Below are positions 23,245 to 36,282 of a stretch of DNA of 64,000 nt, one piece after another. The notes under the pieces were generated by a model. The model was given only the letters and a program-made list of their open reading frames with translations. It was not told the origin of the DNA and did no database searches. The stretch is from Malacoraja senta (Eukaryota). Both the position numbers and the translations under genes were made by a program. The DNA lies in contig CM075993.1 of NCBI GenBank assembly GCA_038087875.1, forward strand, positions 8,372,001 through 8,436,000, given 5' to 3'. Position 1 is the stretch's first letter, and each line of letters begins with the position of its first letter.

Positions 23245-23887
23245 GTAAGAACAGTGGCTGTTCATGTTCCCTTGTAAACCCAGATCCGGCAATGAGATTA
23301 GTGGTTTCTCATCAGGACTTGAGAGATCTCTCGTGTTTCATGAAGTGGCGAGTCAATTGATTCATCAGGCAATCAATGATCCTTTTAACAATCTACTGAA
23401 AGATCAGTACTCGTGAGTTGGATGGCTGGAAAGGCTGATCAGAGCCTTATTATATTTATTGTATTTTTGCTGAGTTAATTTGCACATGTTTTTGTTTGAC
23501 TCTCTACGCTTATGACATCATTAAGGGAATAGGCTGAGAGGTAATCATTGGTGCATGGGAGCTGAATTAATGTCAGTCGAGTGAACTCATTAACTGGATG
23601 GTGAGTACTTAGCTCACTTACATTGTCTGCCAGAATGCCATTTACCTGCCTGGCTGACATCTGTGTTCGACTATGCTCAAGGAGAAATAATCGGGAACTA
23701 TTTGAATGTGCGGATAGTTAGAGGGGAGAAACAGAAGTTGTCTTTATGGTGAGCATTGCTGTTTGTAAAAGTTTAACCATTCAGTTAGTCCAGAGAGCTT
23801 GTGCCCCACTGATTGCCATAGTGTTCGACGGTAAGCCCACCTAATATCTCTAAATGAGGACGGTATACATTGTATTGATGTCGTTGG

Positions 23888-24014
23888 GTAGGAATGAATT
23901 TCAGATGCTGGTTTACACCGAAGATAGACACAAAATGCTGGAGTAACTCAGCGAGTTGCTTCTCTCCAGGGATACTGCCTGTCTCACTGACAGTCTCATT
24001 TTGTGTCTATCTTT
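23888..24014. repeat. pLTR-derived fold-back element ~640 bp downstream of exon 2
   Basis: Same pLTR unit in both orientations. Confidence 0.65.
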
Positions 24015-24808
24015 GATGTCATTGGGAGCAAGGCAGGTGGGGTGTTGGGTTTAATAAATTCACCACAATCCCCTGCTGTTGGAGCGGATGCTGTATGGGT
24101 ATTGCCATTGTGATTTCTCAAGTGGATTTGGTTCATACGGTTCGGTGGTCGGTCAGTTTTGTGCTCAAGTAAATTGTTGTTAAATGTTTGAGTGTTCTCC
24201 TTGTTCTGTGCCCAAACAGTGACAGACAAGTAGATGCGTAGAATGGTATGAGCAAAAAGAAGTCCATGAATACATTTCTTGTGTAGGAAGGAACTGCAGA
24301 TGCTGGTTTAACCAAAGATAGGCACAAAATGCCGCTACTGTAACTGAGAAGCTGACCTTAGATGTATTGAAGTATTTATGTATAGTGATACTTGTACTGA
24401 ACTGTAAACAAAAATGAATTTCACTGTACCTCGGTACATGTGACAATAAAGTACCATTGACCCATTTTCACCAATCGGGGAGTAGTACCCGCAATTGATT
24501 TTCAGCAAAGGGCGAGAATCGGGTCAAGAATTTTTGAGACAAAGCAGATAATAAAGTCAATATTTCATTAGTGTTTTTTCACCACTCCATTCAACCCCCA
24601 CCCACCCCCGTACTTCCTGTCCTGTTACTGTGTGAACTTTCTTGGTCAGCTTTAGCTTAGTGAAAATCTTCTTGCCTCTGAGTCCAGTCTTGCCCCAGGG
24701 TTTTGTCTGGCCCGAGGCCTAAGCAGCTACTTCAGGGTGGAATGCTGGTAAGGCAAGCTCTGGGCTGAGAATTGCATCGAGACGGCAGCTTCCCTCTCAG
24801 TTGAATAT

Positions 24809-25807
24809 AATAATAATAATAATAATAATAATAGATTTTATTTATGGGCGCCTTTCAAAAGTCTCAAGGACACCTTACAAAGTTTAACAAATAGTAGAAA
24901 CATGTAAGCGGAATGAAATAAATAGTAAAGACATCACGAGTACACAAATTAAAGAGAGAATTCAATCCAAAAACAAAAATCAAAAACACAATATGGAAGA
25001 GAGAGCAGCGGCTACTAAAGCGCGCCAGCGTCCACTCTCCCCGCCGGCAGCCATCTTGGACACAAAATAAAATATCATTTACACACACAAAAAAATCACC
25101 CCCCCACAATGATTACCACTGTGGGGGAAGGCACAATGTCCAGTCCCCAACCCCAGTTCACCCAAAGTCAGGCCTATTGAGGCCTCCACAGTTGCCTCTA
25201 CGGAGGCCCGGTGTTCCTGGCCGTTCTCGCCGGGTGGAGTTGCCCCGGCGTCGGGAGAGTCCACGCAGCGGCTGGGATGGCTGGAACAGCCGATCTCCTA
25301 TTGGAGTCCGTGGCACCTGAAGCCAACAGGGCCGCGCCGATTTGGAGCTCCGAGGCTCCCGATGTTAGGTTTGGCGCCGCCGCCCGCGGCTGGCCGCTCC
25401 ACAGACCTGCAGCCCGGAGGTGTTGAGCTCGGCGGTCCAGCTCACCGGAGGTCCAGCGCGTCGATCCAGCGCGGCGACCCAGGCAAGGCATCGCCCGCTC
25501 CGCTGCGCGATAGCGCTCCAGCGCTGTGCCGCCACCGGAGCTGAAGGTGCTGGGCAGTCCCCGCCAAGAAAACGCCGCTCCACACCCGCTAGTAGGCCGC
25601 AAGGACGGGTCGACGGGGCAGCCCGGAGAAAAAGCTGCCTCACCGACCAGGTAGGGACCTAGAGATAGTTTCCCCCTTATCCCCCCACGTTAAAATTCAA
25701 AATTCCCCTAGACATAGACAAGGAAAAAAAACTAAAAACTAAATAAAAAAGTGAATTTAACGGACGGCTGCTGGTTAGCAGCCGTTCCCCAAGATAGCTC
25801 CTCCTCC
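24809..25807 (-). mobile_element. GC-rich non-coding retroposon (element A) with L2-like tail, apparently inserted in an old Deu-SINE
   Basis: Minus-strand 3' end TGTAAGGTGTCCTTGAG..AAAGGCGCCCATAAATAAA(TAT)n. CpG-rich body with two hairpins. Confidence 0.6.
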
Positions 25808-26397
25808 TTACGAAAGATGAAAGATCCTGCAGCAGGATGTAGATGAGCATGGAATTGCTTCCTCTGTCTTGGTCATCATTTATTTGTTAACTAGTATTAA
25901 TAAAAAGTTCAAATTATCATTTGATCATGAGGGTTTCTGGCACCCTGCTGTGTGCTTTAGTTTGTGTGTTTCCTTTCATTGCAACAAACAGCACATTTTG
26001 AGGTTCTGTAGATGCATGCTGTTTTACATTGCAACGACTTTGACAACTTTTCCCTTCTAACAGAATTAAAAAATATATTATTCTGACCTTGTGTTTCGCA
26101 ATGATTGTGTTGTAGTTTCACTGGTTGCCTATATAACAAATTAAGCCTCTGTCAGAACCTGTAATTTAACTTGGGACCCTGGATCCAGACCTCGGCAGCC
26201 TGTGAGCAATCGGGTGTCTTTCTGCTGGACTAACTCTCATCTAATGATTGCGTTGATTCCGGTTTCTCAGAGCAGATGAAATGGATTCAGTGTCTGTGGA
26301 TTTTTGCATCTCTTTTGACCAAATCCTTTTATTGAACAGTGAAGATTTATGGCACTTCAGTATTCATGCAAAGGATTGCTGCAAAATTCTCAATTTG

Positions 26398-26712
26398 GGG
26401 GGAGCTACTGTGGCGCAGCGAGTAGAACTGTTACCTCACAGCGCCAGAGACCTGAGCTCAATCCTGACCCCTGGTGCTATCTGTGTGGAGTTGTACGTTC
26501 TCCACGGGTGCTCCGGTTTCCTCCCACATTCCAAAGATGTGCGGGTTCGTAGGCTAACTGGTCAATGTCTGTCGTATGTAAGGGAGTAGTAGAAACTGGG
26601 GAGAGTTGATGAAAATGTGGAGAGAATTTTTTTTAAAAAATCGGATCATTAAATGGTTATTGCAAATGGTTGTTTGTTGGTTGTCATGGATTTGATGGGC
26701 TGAAAGGCCTGT
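26398..26712 (+). mobile_element. HE1/V-SINE (older)
   Basis: GTGGCGCAGCGAGTAGAA head and CTCCGGTTTCCTCCCACATTCCAAAGA core. Confidence 0.75.
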
Positions 26713-26714
26713 TA

Positions 26715-26962
26715 GTTCATAAATTCAATAGGTTCTTAAGTTGCAGGAGCTGAATTAGGCCATTTGGCCCATCAAGTCTACTCTGTCATTCAATCATGGC
26801 TGATCTACCTTTCCCTCACAGCCCCATTCACCTGCCTTCTCCCCATAACCCTTGACACCCGTACTAATCAAGAACCTATCAATTTCCACCGTAAAAATAT
26901 CCCTTGGTCTCCACAGCCTTCTGTGGCAATGAATTCTACAGATTCACCACCCTCTGACTAAA
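26715..26962 (-). mobile_element. CR1-like LINE 3' fragment
   Basis: AGGAGCTGAATTAGGCCATTTGGCCCATC..CATTCAATCATGGCTGATC antisense tail. Confidence 0.65.
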
Positions 26963-29167
26963 GATGCTGCCTCTCTATCCTCTCAATCTCCATACCCAGA
27001 TCAAGTTGGACTATATCCCTCTATATTTTTTGTGAGCATATTTGGATGCATATTTGATACAGAGCATGAATAATGTAGGCTTCTCCAAATGAGGAGAAAC
27101 CAACTAATACAGAACCCAAAGTGAAAGCAGTGCCATGAAACGTGCATGGATAAAGTGAAGGCTTTAATGCTGAGGAACACTGTGGTGAATAATAATGACA
27201 TCCAAGTTAGTGTCGAGAGAGGCAGACCCAAGAATGCCTTGTGGAGGAAGGAGCAGTTTATCATGGCAATAAGGAGCAGGGTTTGGCTGAAGTAAGCGAG
27301 ACGGGAGAAACAAAAGCAGCCGAATTTAGAAGACAAATTTAGCCATGAAATGAAACGGCAATACTTGAGTTAGCAGACTTAAGCTCAAATTTTCAAATTC
27401 TCAAATGACACGTGGATGGATTTTGAGAATTCATTGTTGCTGACATTAAAAATATGGTGTCTAAGTCATAACATATTTCATTGACAACCTCCTGTGAAAG
27501 TCAGTGAGGCTGAGGGGGACGTTTTCATTCTGCTTGCTTTCCAACAATTAGGCTAAGTGCTTATTTAAAGAGGCACAAACTCGGGTCTACAAATGGTAAT
27601 TAAACAGTTTGTGCTTGTTGGAGTGAAAAGAAATCGGCCAGTCCTTATTAATACTCACTCAATGACCCCTGTTAGATTAGAATGTTTAACAAGAGGAAGA
27701 CCATCAAGTTCAACACGTTTGAGGATGTTTAAAGTAAGCTGCTTTCAACAATGGTGAACTGCACTAAAATAAACACCCAAGACAAGTGTTTTGTTGTTGG
27801 CAAACTGTGCTGAAACAAAATGATGCAGAAAAAGAATCTTTTGGATCTAGCACATTTGTTAAACTGCCAAAAATGGTTTTATTTTCTGATAAGCAGAGAA
27901 TTGGCTATTCATCAGCTCTCCATCCATCCAACGACACTGCCAGAAGTGAACAGAGAGATTGATCCAAAGTAGAATTAGGTCCCTATACCAGCAGTCGATT
28001 GTAATTCAGCTTTGAGGGCAAAACACAGGATTGCTTTGCATAATGTGCACAGAAAGTGATAGGGTAGGAGTAGTTGTAAAGTGTGCACATTTCTAGTCCT
28101 GCATCACATTTGAAATATGTAGGAAGGAACTGTAGATGCTGGTTTACACCGAAGATACGGACACCAAATGCTGGAGTAACTCAGCGGGACAGACAGCATC
28201 TCTGGATAGAAGGAATAGATTACGTTTTTGGTCCAGACAGGTCTGAAGAAGGGTCACACATTCCATCTATCCAGAGATGCTGCCTGTCCCGCTGAGTTAC
28301 TCCAACATTTTGTGTCACGTTTTAAATATTTGCTGTGGAGGCGCTGCAGTGCTTGTGAAGGGGAAGAGTAGAATGGTTGTTTGGAGCAGCTGTGGGAGTA
28401 GTGTTCTGATAGTTGTTCAGATCTGCTTTGGGAATGGTGTAACATGAGATGTCTGGTTCTGCTCTAGGGTGGTACGTTAACTGATAGGATCTGCTCATGG
28501 GTGCCTTGGACATAAGTATCTCCTCAACTCTTGGGTTCGCAGATGCTATTTCTAATTCAGCCGACATCCTGCTTGATTGAAATAGCTGTGAATTTAAGGG
28601 ATGTCGGCAGACAACAGCAAAATGGTCACCACGGGAACATATTTCAAGTATTGTACAAGAATAAGCTCCGTTATGTTAATTCCCTTCACCGCATCCATTC
28701 TCTTTCCTGACGACTTTTTGCTCTTCTCACTACAAAACAATGCTCCGATTGTGCCTGCCCAAAGCTCACTTCAAATCACGGCAACACACTCATACAGTCA
28801 ATGACAAATATGTTTGATTATACCCATACCTGTCAGGACATTGAACGGCTGCAGCACTAAGAATCTTAAGTCCGTTATTGTGCTCCAGAATATGTAAGAT
28901 TTATTCTCTCCGCTCCTGAGCAGACTCATATTTAACCATTTGAAATCTGACAGAGGAGTTACCTCTGATTCAAGCCCTCCTTGTTAATATACTATGTTTG
29001 GATCTAATATGTTAGCCTACTTCCTGCTTTTCTACCTTTAGAGTGTCCTGGTGTTTGCTTTCAATCAGCTTCAGGTGTTTGAGTCAGCAGTTAGGTCGGG
29101 CAGAGCAGCACTGTGAATCTTGCATGTACCCAGTTCGCCAATGTAGAAACATGTTCTTTTAGATTTT

Positions 29168-29440
29168 GTTTTAGAGATACAGGCCCTTCAGCCCACCGAA
29201 TCTGCACCGATCAGCAATCTCCACACACTAACACTATCCTACACACACTAGGGACAATTTACACCTTTACCAAGCCAATTAGTCTACTGACCTGTATGAC
29301 TGGAGTGTGGGAGAAACCACACGGGGTCACAGGAAGAACGTACAAACTCCGTACAGACAGCACCCGTAGTCAGGATGGAACTTGGGTCTCTGGCGCTGTA
29401 AGGCAGCAGCTCTACCGACCGCTGCGTCACCGTGCCGCCC
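29168..29440 (-). mobile_element. HE1/V-SINE
   Basis: Antisense of the same consensus. Confidence 0.8.
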
Positions 29441-29904
29441 CACACATGTTGAAATATGCCCTTCTGAACAAGGTCAGCAAAAATAGTCTATATTTTGGCA
29501 TGAGCACTATGAATCACCTGCTCTAATTGAAAAAATCAATCTTTCTAAAATAAAAGGGTTAAGATAACACAAATTGAGAAAAGTAGTCTTTTTTTAGTCT
29601 CTTGAAAGAATAGGTTTAGTCATCACATTTTCAGTTAGCTGCAGTTTTAAGTTTCCCTTGGGAAATGCTGGATGATCAAGAGTGGGATCGTTTTGTGGAA
29701 GCAGCTGAAAAAATGTAGTTAGTTTCATTTAGTTCAGATGAATAGCCTGAGAGATCCAGAGGAGGACCTTGTGGCCCGTGGAGCTGCATACGTTACCTCC
29801 ACAGACTTGAATCTGAAACCTTTTCTGATGCAGCAAGGCTGTATTTGCAGCTGCCAGCTGGAAGCACAAATCCAAATATGGCTGTCTTGCGATGCCTCTC
29901 ACAG

Positions 29905-30132
29905 GCTATTGAACTCAACTCAAAACAAAACTCTGAACATTAATAGCCCATTATCTGTTTATTTGCACTTTATCTGTTTTATTTATTCATGTGTGTATAT
30001 ATTTATACAATGGTATATGGACACACTGATCTGTTCTGTATTCATGCCTTCTATATTCTGTTGTGCTGAAGCAAAGCAAGAATTTCATTTTCCTATCTGG
30101 GACACATGACAATAAACTCTCTTGAATCTTGA
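29905..30132 (+). repeat. LINE 3'-tail fragment (Rex1-like); related copies at ~42920-43110 (-), 49920-50210 (+), 61635-61825 (-)
   Basis: Shared CTGTTGTGCTG..AAGAATTTCATT..GGGACA.ATGACAATAAA(CTCTTGA)n. Confidence 0.55.
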
Positions 30133-31754
30133 CATCAGCGAGGCCTTTCCCATCGCATTATCTGGTGGCCATTCTCTGTCATGGAAAAGTTGGCCTGAGG
30201 AGTAGCTGCCCTTTGTTCGACTCCTCGTGGCAGCTGAGGCACTTTCAGCTGAAGAGCTGTTCAAAGGCACACGTCCTCCCATGGAAGAAAAGAAAAAGGA
30301 CGGTATCTAGGGACTGGAAGTTGCAGAATTCAGACATTTTCTATGGCGATTATCAGACACCATTAGTTCATGATCTCTGGCTTGTCCGCTGCAGACACCT
30401 TGTTACTCTGGGTGTTGGCGGATTGTGCTTGGATCTCCATTGACTGCTGATTCCACCACCGGGCTGTGTATCTTTAAATGACAGTACCAAGGTCATAACT
30501 GCTTCACACTGCTGTTATCAGGCATCAGAACCAAAGATCCTATATCATGTATCTTTGATCAGAACCATCCTACCACAACTAGAGAGCAGTCCTGAACTAC
30601 GATCTATCTCATTGGAGACCCTCGAACTAATGTTGAACAGACTTTACTGGCTTTATCTTGCACTAAACGTTATTCCCCTTATTATGTATCTGTACATTGT
30701 GAATGGCTCGATTATAATCAAGTATTGTCTTTCCACCGACTCGTTAGCACGCAACAAAAGCTTTCCCTAGACCCAGGTACAGGTGACAATAAACTGAACT
30801 AAACACTCAGAAAGACCCAAAGCAATGAGATCTTTTGATGTTCATTTGAATCATTTGCCCTGTCTGTCTCGGGATTGCTCATCCTATATTCTCCATAGCC
30901 TGGAAAATCCGTCCGAGACGCATCCTGGACATGGTCTTTGTGGGAATAATGGGATCTGGGAATTATGTTTTTTTATCAGTCCCAGTTGTAATTCAGTGGG
31001 TTTATCTAATCGCCTCCGAGACAGACTGGTGAGTGATTGGATCTAAATGAATGGGTTTGGATGTACACGCTGCAGCAGAAAGTGAGATTCTCGCATGGTT
31101 GGTGCTGTCTTTGGAGGTGATTCACTGGCTTAGTTCTGCACACAGGACAATAAATCATTTTTCTTTCCTGGGTCTCTTGCATTATCATGTCAGTTACAAT
31201 GCCTGCTTAGGATCATTTAAGCATTTAGTCCTGACCTACAGCATGGCACTGAACATGTATAGGCTCAGCCTATTGCATTTAAAGTATGGTGATCTACCTG
31301 TAAATGTGGAATGCAAAACCGACCTAACGTTGAGTGACTACATCAATTCATTCTAATTCATACCTTGTAGCACGTGTGATGGTCTGTAAATCTGGGTATG
31401 TGATCTGGTACTGTTCAAGGATGTTGCTTTGCCTCCCTGGATGCTGTCTACCTCCTCTTGTGTGAGTCTATCTGCTATACCGTGCCTCTCAGGAGAAAGA
31501 AAGCAGGAGTGTGAAACTCTGCAGCCACTCGCTAGCGAACATCACTTTGAAGCAAGTAAATAGGGGGACTGAATAAGGGGACTGGGTAGTGATATTACCG
31601 GGAATGAGACAATGATATTTTTATTTGCTGCAGCTTTACAGGCACGTTAAATGCAACAACACAAATATTTTATCAAATATGAGAATTTTTCTCCTGCAAA
31701 AGATTTCTCCCTTCATTTTGTTCTGGTGCTTGTGATGAACTTTTATAATATCGA

Positions 31755-33128
31755 TGTGTAGGAAGACACTGCAGATAGACACAAAAAGCTGGACAGGCAG
31801 CATCTCTGGAGAGAAGGAATGGTGATGTTTCGGGTTGAGACCCTTCAGACTAGTTATGGATAAGGGAAACAAGAGATATAGACGATGTGGAGAGATAATG
31901 AACAATGAATGAAAGATATGCAAAAGAGTAACGATGATAAAGGAAACAGGCCATTGTAAGCTGTTTGTAGGGTGAAAATGAGAAGCTAGTGCGACTTGGG
32001 TGGGGGAGGGATAGAGAGAGAGAGAATTCCGGGGGGCTACCTGAAGGGAGAGAAATCAATATTCATACCACTGGGCTGTAAGCTGCCCAAGCGAAATATG
32101 AGATTTCTGTTCCTCCAATTTGCGTTTAGCCTCACTCTGACAATGGAGGACAGAAAGGTCTGTGTAGGAATGGTGTATTAAAGTGTCCAGCAACTGAGAG
32201 ATCAGGTTGGTTCACGCAGGCTGAGCGAAGGTGTCATCAATGTAACGGAGATAGAGTTCGGGGATAGGGCCAGTGTACACCTGGAACTGGGATTGTTCAA
32301 CGTACCCGACAAAGAGGCCCATGCGGGTGCCCAAAGCCACGCCTTGGACATGGAGGAAGTAGGAGTCAATGGAGAAGTTGGTGAGGACCAGGTGCAGTAG
32401 AGTGTCAGTAGAGGTAAATTGGATGGTTCTGTGGTCAACGAAGAAACTAAGGGCTTTAAGGCCTTCCTGGTGGAGGTGTAGAGTGATTGATCGTCCATAG
32501 TAAAAATGAGGGAGAGGGGGCTCGGACTGCGGAAGTCATTAAAGAGATGAAGGGCATCTTGGACATAGGTCGAGAGAGATTGGACCGGGGTGATAGGATG
32601 GAGTTGAGGTACGTGGAAATCATTTCCGCGGGACAGGAGCATCAGAAGCAATGGGTTTCTTTCAGTCCTTTCAAGTTAGGCAGAGGTTCACTTGCACCTC
32701 CTCCAACCTCATCTACCGATCCGTTGTTCAAGATGTGGACTCTAAACGCAAATTGGAGGAACAGCATCTCATATTTTGCTTGGGCAGCTTACAGCCCAGT
32801 GGTATGAATATTGATTTCTCTCACTTCAGATAGTCCCTGCATTCCCTCTCTCTCTCTATCCCTCCCCCACCAAAGTCACACTAGCTTCTCATTTTCACCC
32901 TACAAACAGCTTACAATGGCCTGTTTTCTTTATCATTGTTACTTTTTTGCATCTTTCATTCATTGTGCTTTATCTCCCCACATCACCGTCTATATCGTTT
33001 CCCTTATCTCTAACCAGTCTGAAGAAGGGTGTCGACCTGCAATGTCACCCATTCCTTCTCTCCAGAGTTACTCCACCTTTTGTGACTATCTTCGGTTTAA
33101 ACCAGCATCTGCAGTTCCTTCTTACACA
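31755..33128. mobile_element. Penelope-like retroelement with internal inversion (RT and EN remnants between outward-facing pLTRs)
   Basis: Minus strand: FTMDDQSLYTS, GVALGTRMG, LFVGYVEQ, LRYIDD. Plus strand from ~32655: FTCTSSNLIY..KLEEQHLIFCLGSLQPSGMNIDFS. 31860-32110 is inverted relative to 32760-33020. Confidence 0.85.
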
Positions 33129-34030
33129 AGACACTGCAGATGCTGTTTTGAACCAAAGATAGACACAGATAAAGCTGGAGTAACTCATCTCTGGAGAAAA
33201 GGAATAGGTGACGTTTTGGGTCGTGATACTTCTTCAGACAGGAATCCTTGGCTTCACCGATCGCCAAACATTTATTTACAATGTGCATTTGGTGTCTGGC
33301 TCAATTGGCTTCAGTGCAGAAAGTCAAACACTCATCTTTCCTCCTCGTAGTTTTAACACATTTTTATTTTGCCAGTATGAACTATAGTTGGAACGACAGA
33401 TATTTAGAGAAAGACTGGCCATGGAAAAAGTGAACATGGCTCGTTGTGTTGAGTGAAGAGATTGTTATTAAGGAATCGTGCAATCTTTCCTTACAACCTT
33501 TCAAGCAATTGGTCTGAAGAAGAAGAAGGGTCTCGACCTGAAACGTCACACATTCCTTCTATCCAGAGATGCTGCCTTTCCCGCTGAGTTACTCCAGCAT
33601 TTTGTATCTATCTTTGGTTTAAACAAGCATCTGGAGTTCCTTCCTACAACATGCATTTGTTTTTGCTCTGCTGTCTTCATACTTTGCAAATCAATACAGA
33701 GGAAAATCGAAAGCAAACTATATACACAGATTAATTTCAAATTAAGAGTGTCCTCTAGACGATGTTCTTCAATTGATTGTAGTGCTTGCAGGCTGTGTTT
33801 ATTGCCCATCTAGTTTTAATGGATGTCTTCAATCCCAGGGAACTGCCAGTGAGGCATAATGAAGATTACCCATCCCATCTTTCTCTGTGAGACATTATTT
33901 CTGTAATTACATTAACAACTAAGCAGGTTGATTGCAGCGCCTTAAAACGTAACTATGCAGCATGGGAATAGAGGCATGTGTAGACCAGACCAAGATACTA
34001 GCAACTCAGCCATGCGTGTACCCTATTTAA

Positions 34031-34344
34031 GTTTAGTTTTTAGTTTAGTGTAGAGATACAGGCCCTTTGGCCCATCGAGTCTGTACCGACCAGCGATCCC
34101 CGCACATTTACACTATTCTACACACACTAGGGACAATTATATATTTATATACCAAGCCAATTAGCCTACAAACTTGTACCTCTTTGGAGTGTGGGAGGAA
34201 ACCGAAGATCTCAGTGAAAACCCACACGGGTCACTGAGAGAATGTACAAACTTTGTAAAGACAAGCACCCCCCTAGTCAGGATCGAATCCAGGTCTCTGG
34301 TGCTGTAAGGCAGTCGCTCGACCGCTACCCAACCATGCCGCCCC
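34031..34344 (-). mobile_element. HE1/V-SINE
   Basis: Antisense consensus with (TTTAG)n tail. Confidence 0.8.
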
Positions 34345-34890
34345 GTACAGCAATTTAAGTTGCTATATTTTAGATTAGTCCAATTTCCTGACCTCTTCCT
34401 GATGATCCGCTGTGTAAACCATTGTCTCTGATCTCTTCTCTCTTGCTTAGTGACAAAGGGCGATGATTTGAAATACCATTGTTCCCTAATTTTCTATGCC
34501 TTTGTTTATCTGTATTGTATCTTAACATTCATCTTTTTTTCCGCTGCTTCCTGTAAGTTCACAATCCACAAAATGATGAAGTATCATTTAAACAGCGTTA
34601 ACTGTGAAGTTAACGCTGTTAACTTTTCCACTAGGGTGGAAAATGCAGTTGATTTATTACTGTGAGGAATAAAATAAGCTTTGAACACAAACTAGGTCAC
34701 ATCATTTGACACGCTTCCTTTCTTTTTTCTTGTTTGTTTTACTTTATTTTATTCTTAATCCATATTTTTCCTTGATATCATTGTCTCTGAATCCTTAAAC
34801 AAATCCTTTTGCTGGGCTTTCAGGGCTGTAAGTACAATACATTCTTTGAATAATAAATTGAGGTTGGTCTGTAAATACCTGGACGTCTGT

Positions 34891-35117
34891 TAGTTTAGTT
34901 TAGAGATATAGCATGGAAACAGTCCCTTTGGCCCACCGAGTCCCTTTGGCCCACCGAGCCCATCGATCACCTCTTCACACTAGCTCTATGTTATCCCACT
35001 TTCACATGCACTCCCTACTGGGGGCAATTTACAGAGGCCAACAAACCTGCATGTCTTTGGGATGTGGGAGGAGATCGGAGCAACCGAAGGAAACCCATTT
35101 AGTCACAGGGAGAGCGT
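34891..35117 (-). mobile_element. HE1/V-SINE partial copy with 18-bp internal duplication
   Basis: GTCCCTTTGGCCCACCGA occurs twice in the tail. Confidence 0.65.
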
Positions 35118-35924
35118 AGATTAATGTAGTTTATTATTATTGTCACATGAACCGAGGTACAGTGAAAAGCTATTTTGTTGCATGTTATGTAGTCTGTGTA
35201 AAGACACAAAGTTTGTAATAAATTGAAGCTGGAACTAATTTAAGAAGTGAGATAGACACAAAATGCTGGAGTAACTCAGTGGGCCAGGCAGCATCTCTGG
35301 ACAGATGGACTGGGTGACATTTCGGGCCGAAGCCCATCTTCAGACTATACATGATTACAATCAAGCCATCTACAGATACAGGAATAAAGGGAATAAAATT
35401 TAGTGCAAGATAAAGTCCAATAAAATCCAATTAAGGATAATCCGAGGGTCTCCAGTGATGTAGATGGTAGCTCCGGACTGCTCTCCAGTTGGTGATAGGA
35501 TGGTTACAAACTATACATGAGGTCAGGATGACGACAGTTTGAGAAGTGTGCCAGATAAGCCAAGGAGCTGCAGAAGTTGGAATCCTGAGCAAAACACGGT
35601 GTTGGAGTAAAACCATTCCTGCATTTGTGCCTCTGTTAGATCTTTAGAGCAGTGTATAATTGAAAAGGATACTCTTGCATGTATCAAGACTGCATTGCTT
35701 GTTCATCTCTCAGCTAATAATAATAATAAATACTTTATTAATCCCCTTATTCAGGGGAAATTCAGCTAGGGTATTATCTTGAGGCTGTCTGTCACCCTGG
35801 GGATTTTCTGGCTTTTTAGCCAGTGTTCTTTCCACAACAATGATCAATAAAGAAAGGTTCTATATGTGAGAAATGGTATTTGGCCCCTTGTGGCTGAAAT
35901 CTAAGATCTCATTGCTTTAGAAGG

Positions 35925-36282
35925 AAACTTACCAAATAGTGAAAGGCCTGGATTGATTGGATACAGAGAGGATGTTTCCACAAATGGGAGAGAATAGGAA
36001 CAGAATAAAAGGATGCACCTTTAGAAAGGAGATGAGGAGGAATTTGTTTAGTCAGAGTGTGGTGAATCTATGGAATTCATTGGCACAGATGGATGTGGAA
36101 GCCAGGTCATTGCGTATTTTTAAGGCAGAGGTTAACAGAATCTTGATTAGTAAGAGTGTCAAGGCTTTTGGGGAGGAGGCAGGAGAATGGGGTTGTGAGA
36201 GAAAGTTAGATCAGCCATGATTGAATGGCAGAGTAGACTTGATGGGCCTAATGGACTAATTCTGCTCCTATAACTTATGAAC
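35925..36282 (+). mobile_element. CR1/HER1-like LINE 3' end
   Basis: ERMFP..FRKEMRRNLFSQSVVNLWNSL..IFKAE plus tail. Confidence 0.8.

Noticed and set aside
23245..23277. C-terminal VRTVAVHVPL* of the 270-aa ORF
   Set aside because: Read-through past the GTAAGA splice donor; ZNF609 homology ends at ..VKTEK.
25079..25662. GC-rich ORFs or an internal CpG-island promoter (also 54179-54691)
   Set aside because: They lie inside repeat elements with LINE-type tails and have no coding signature.
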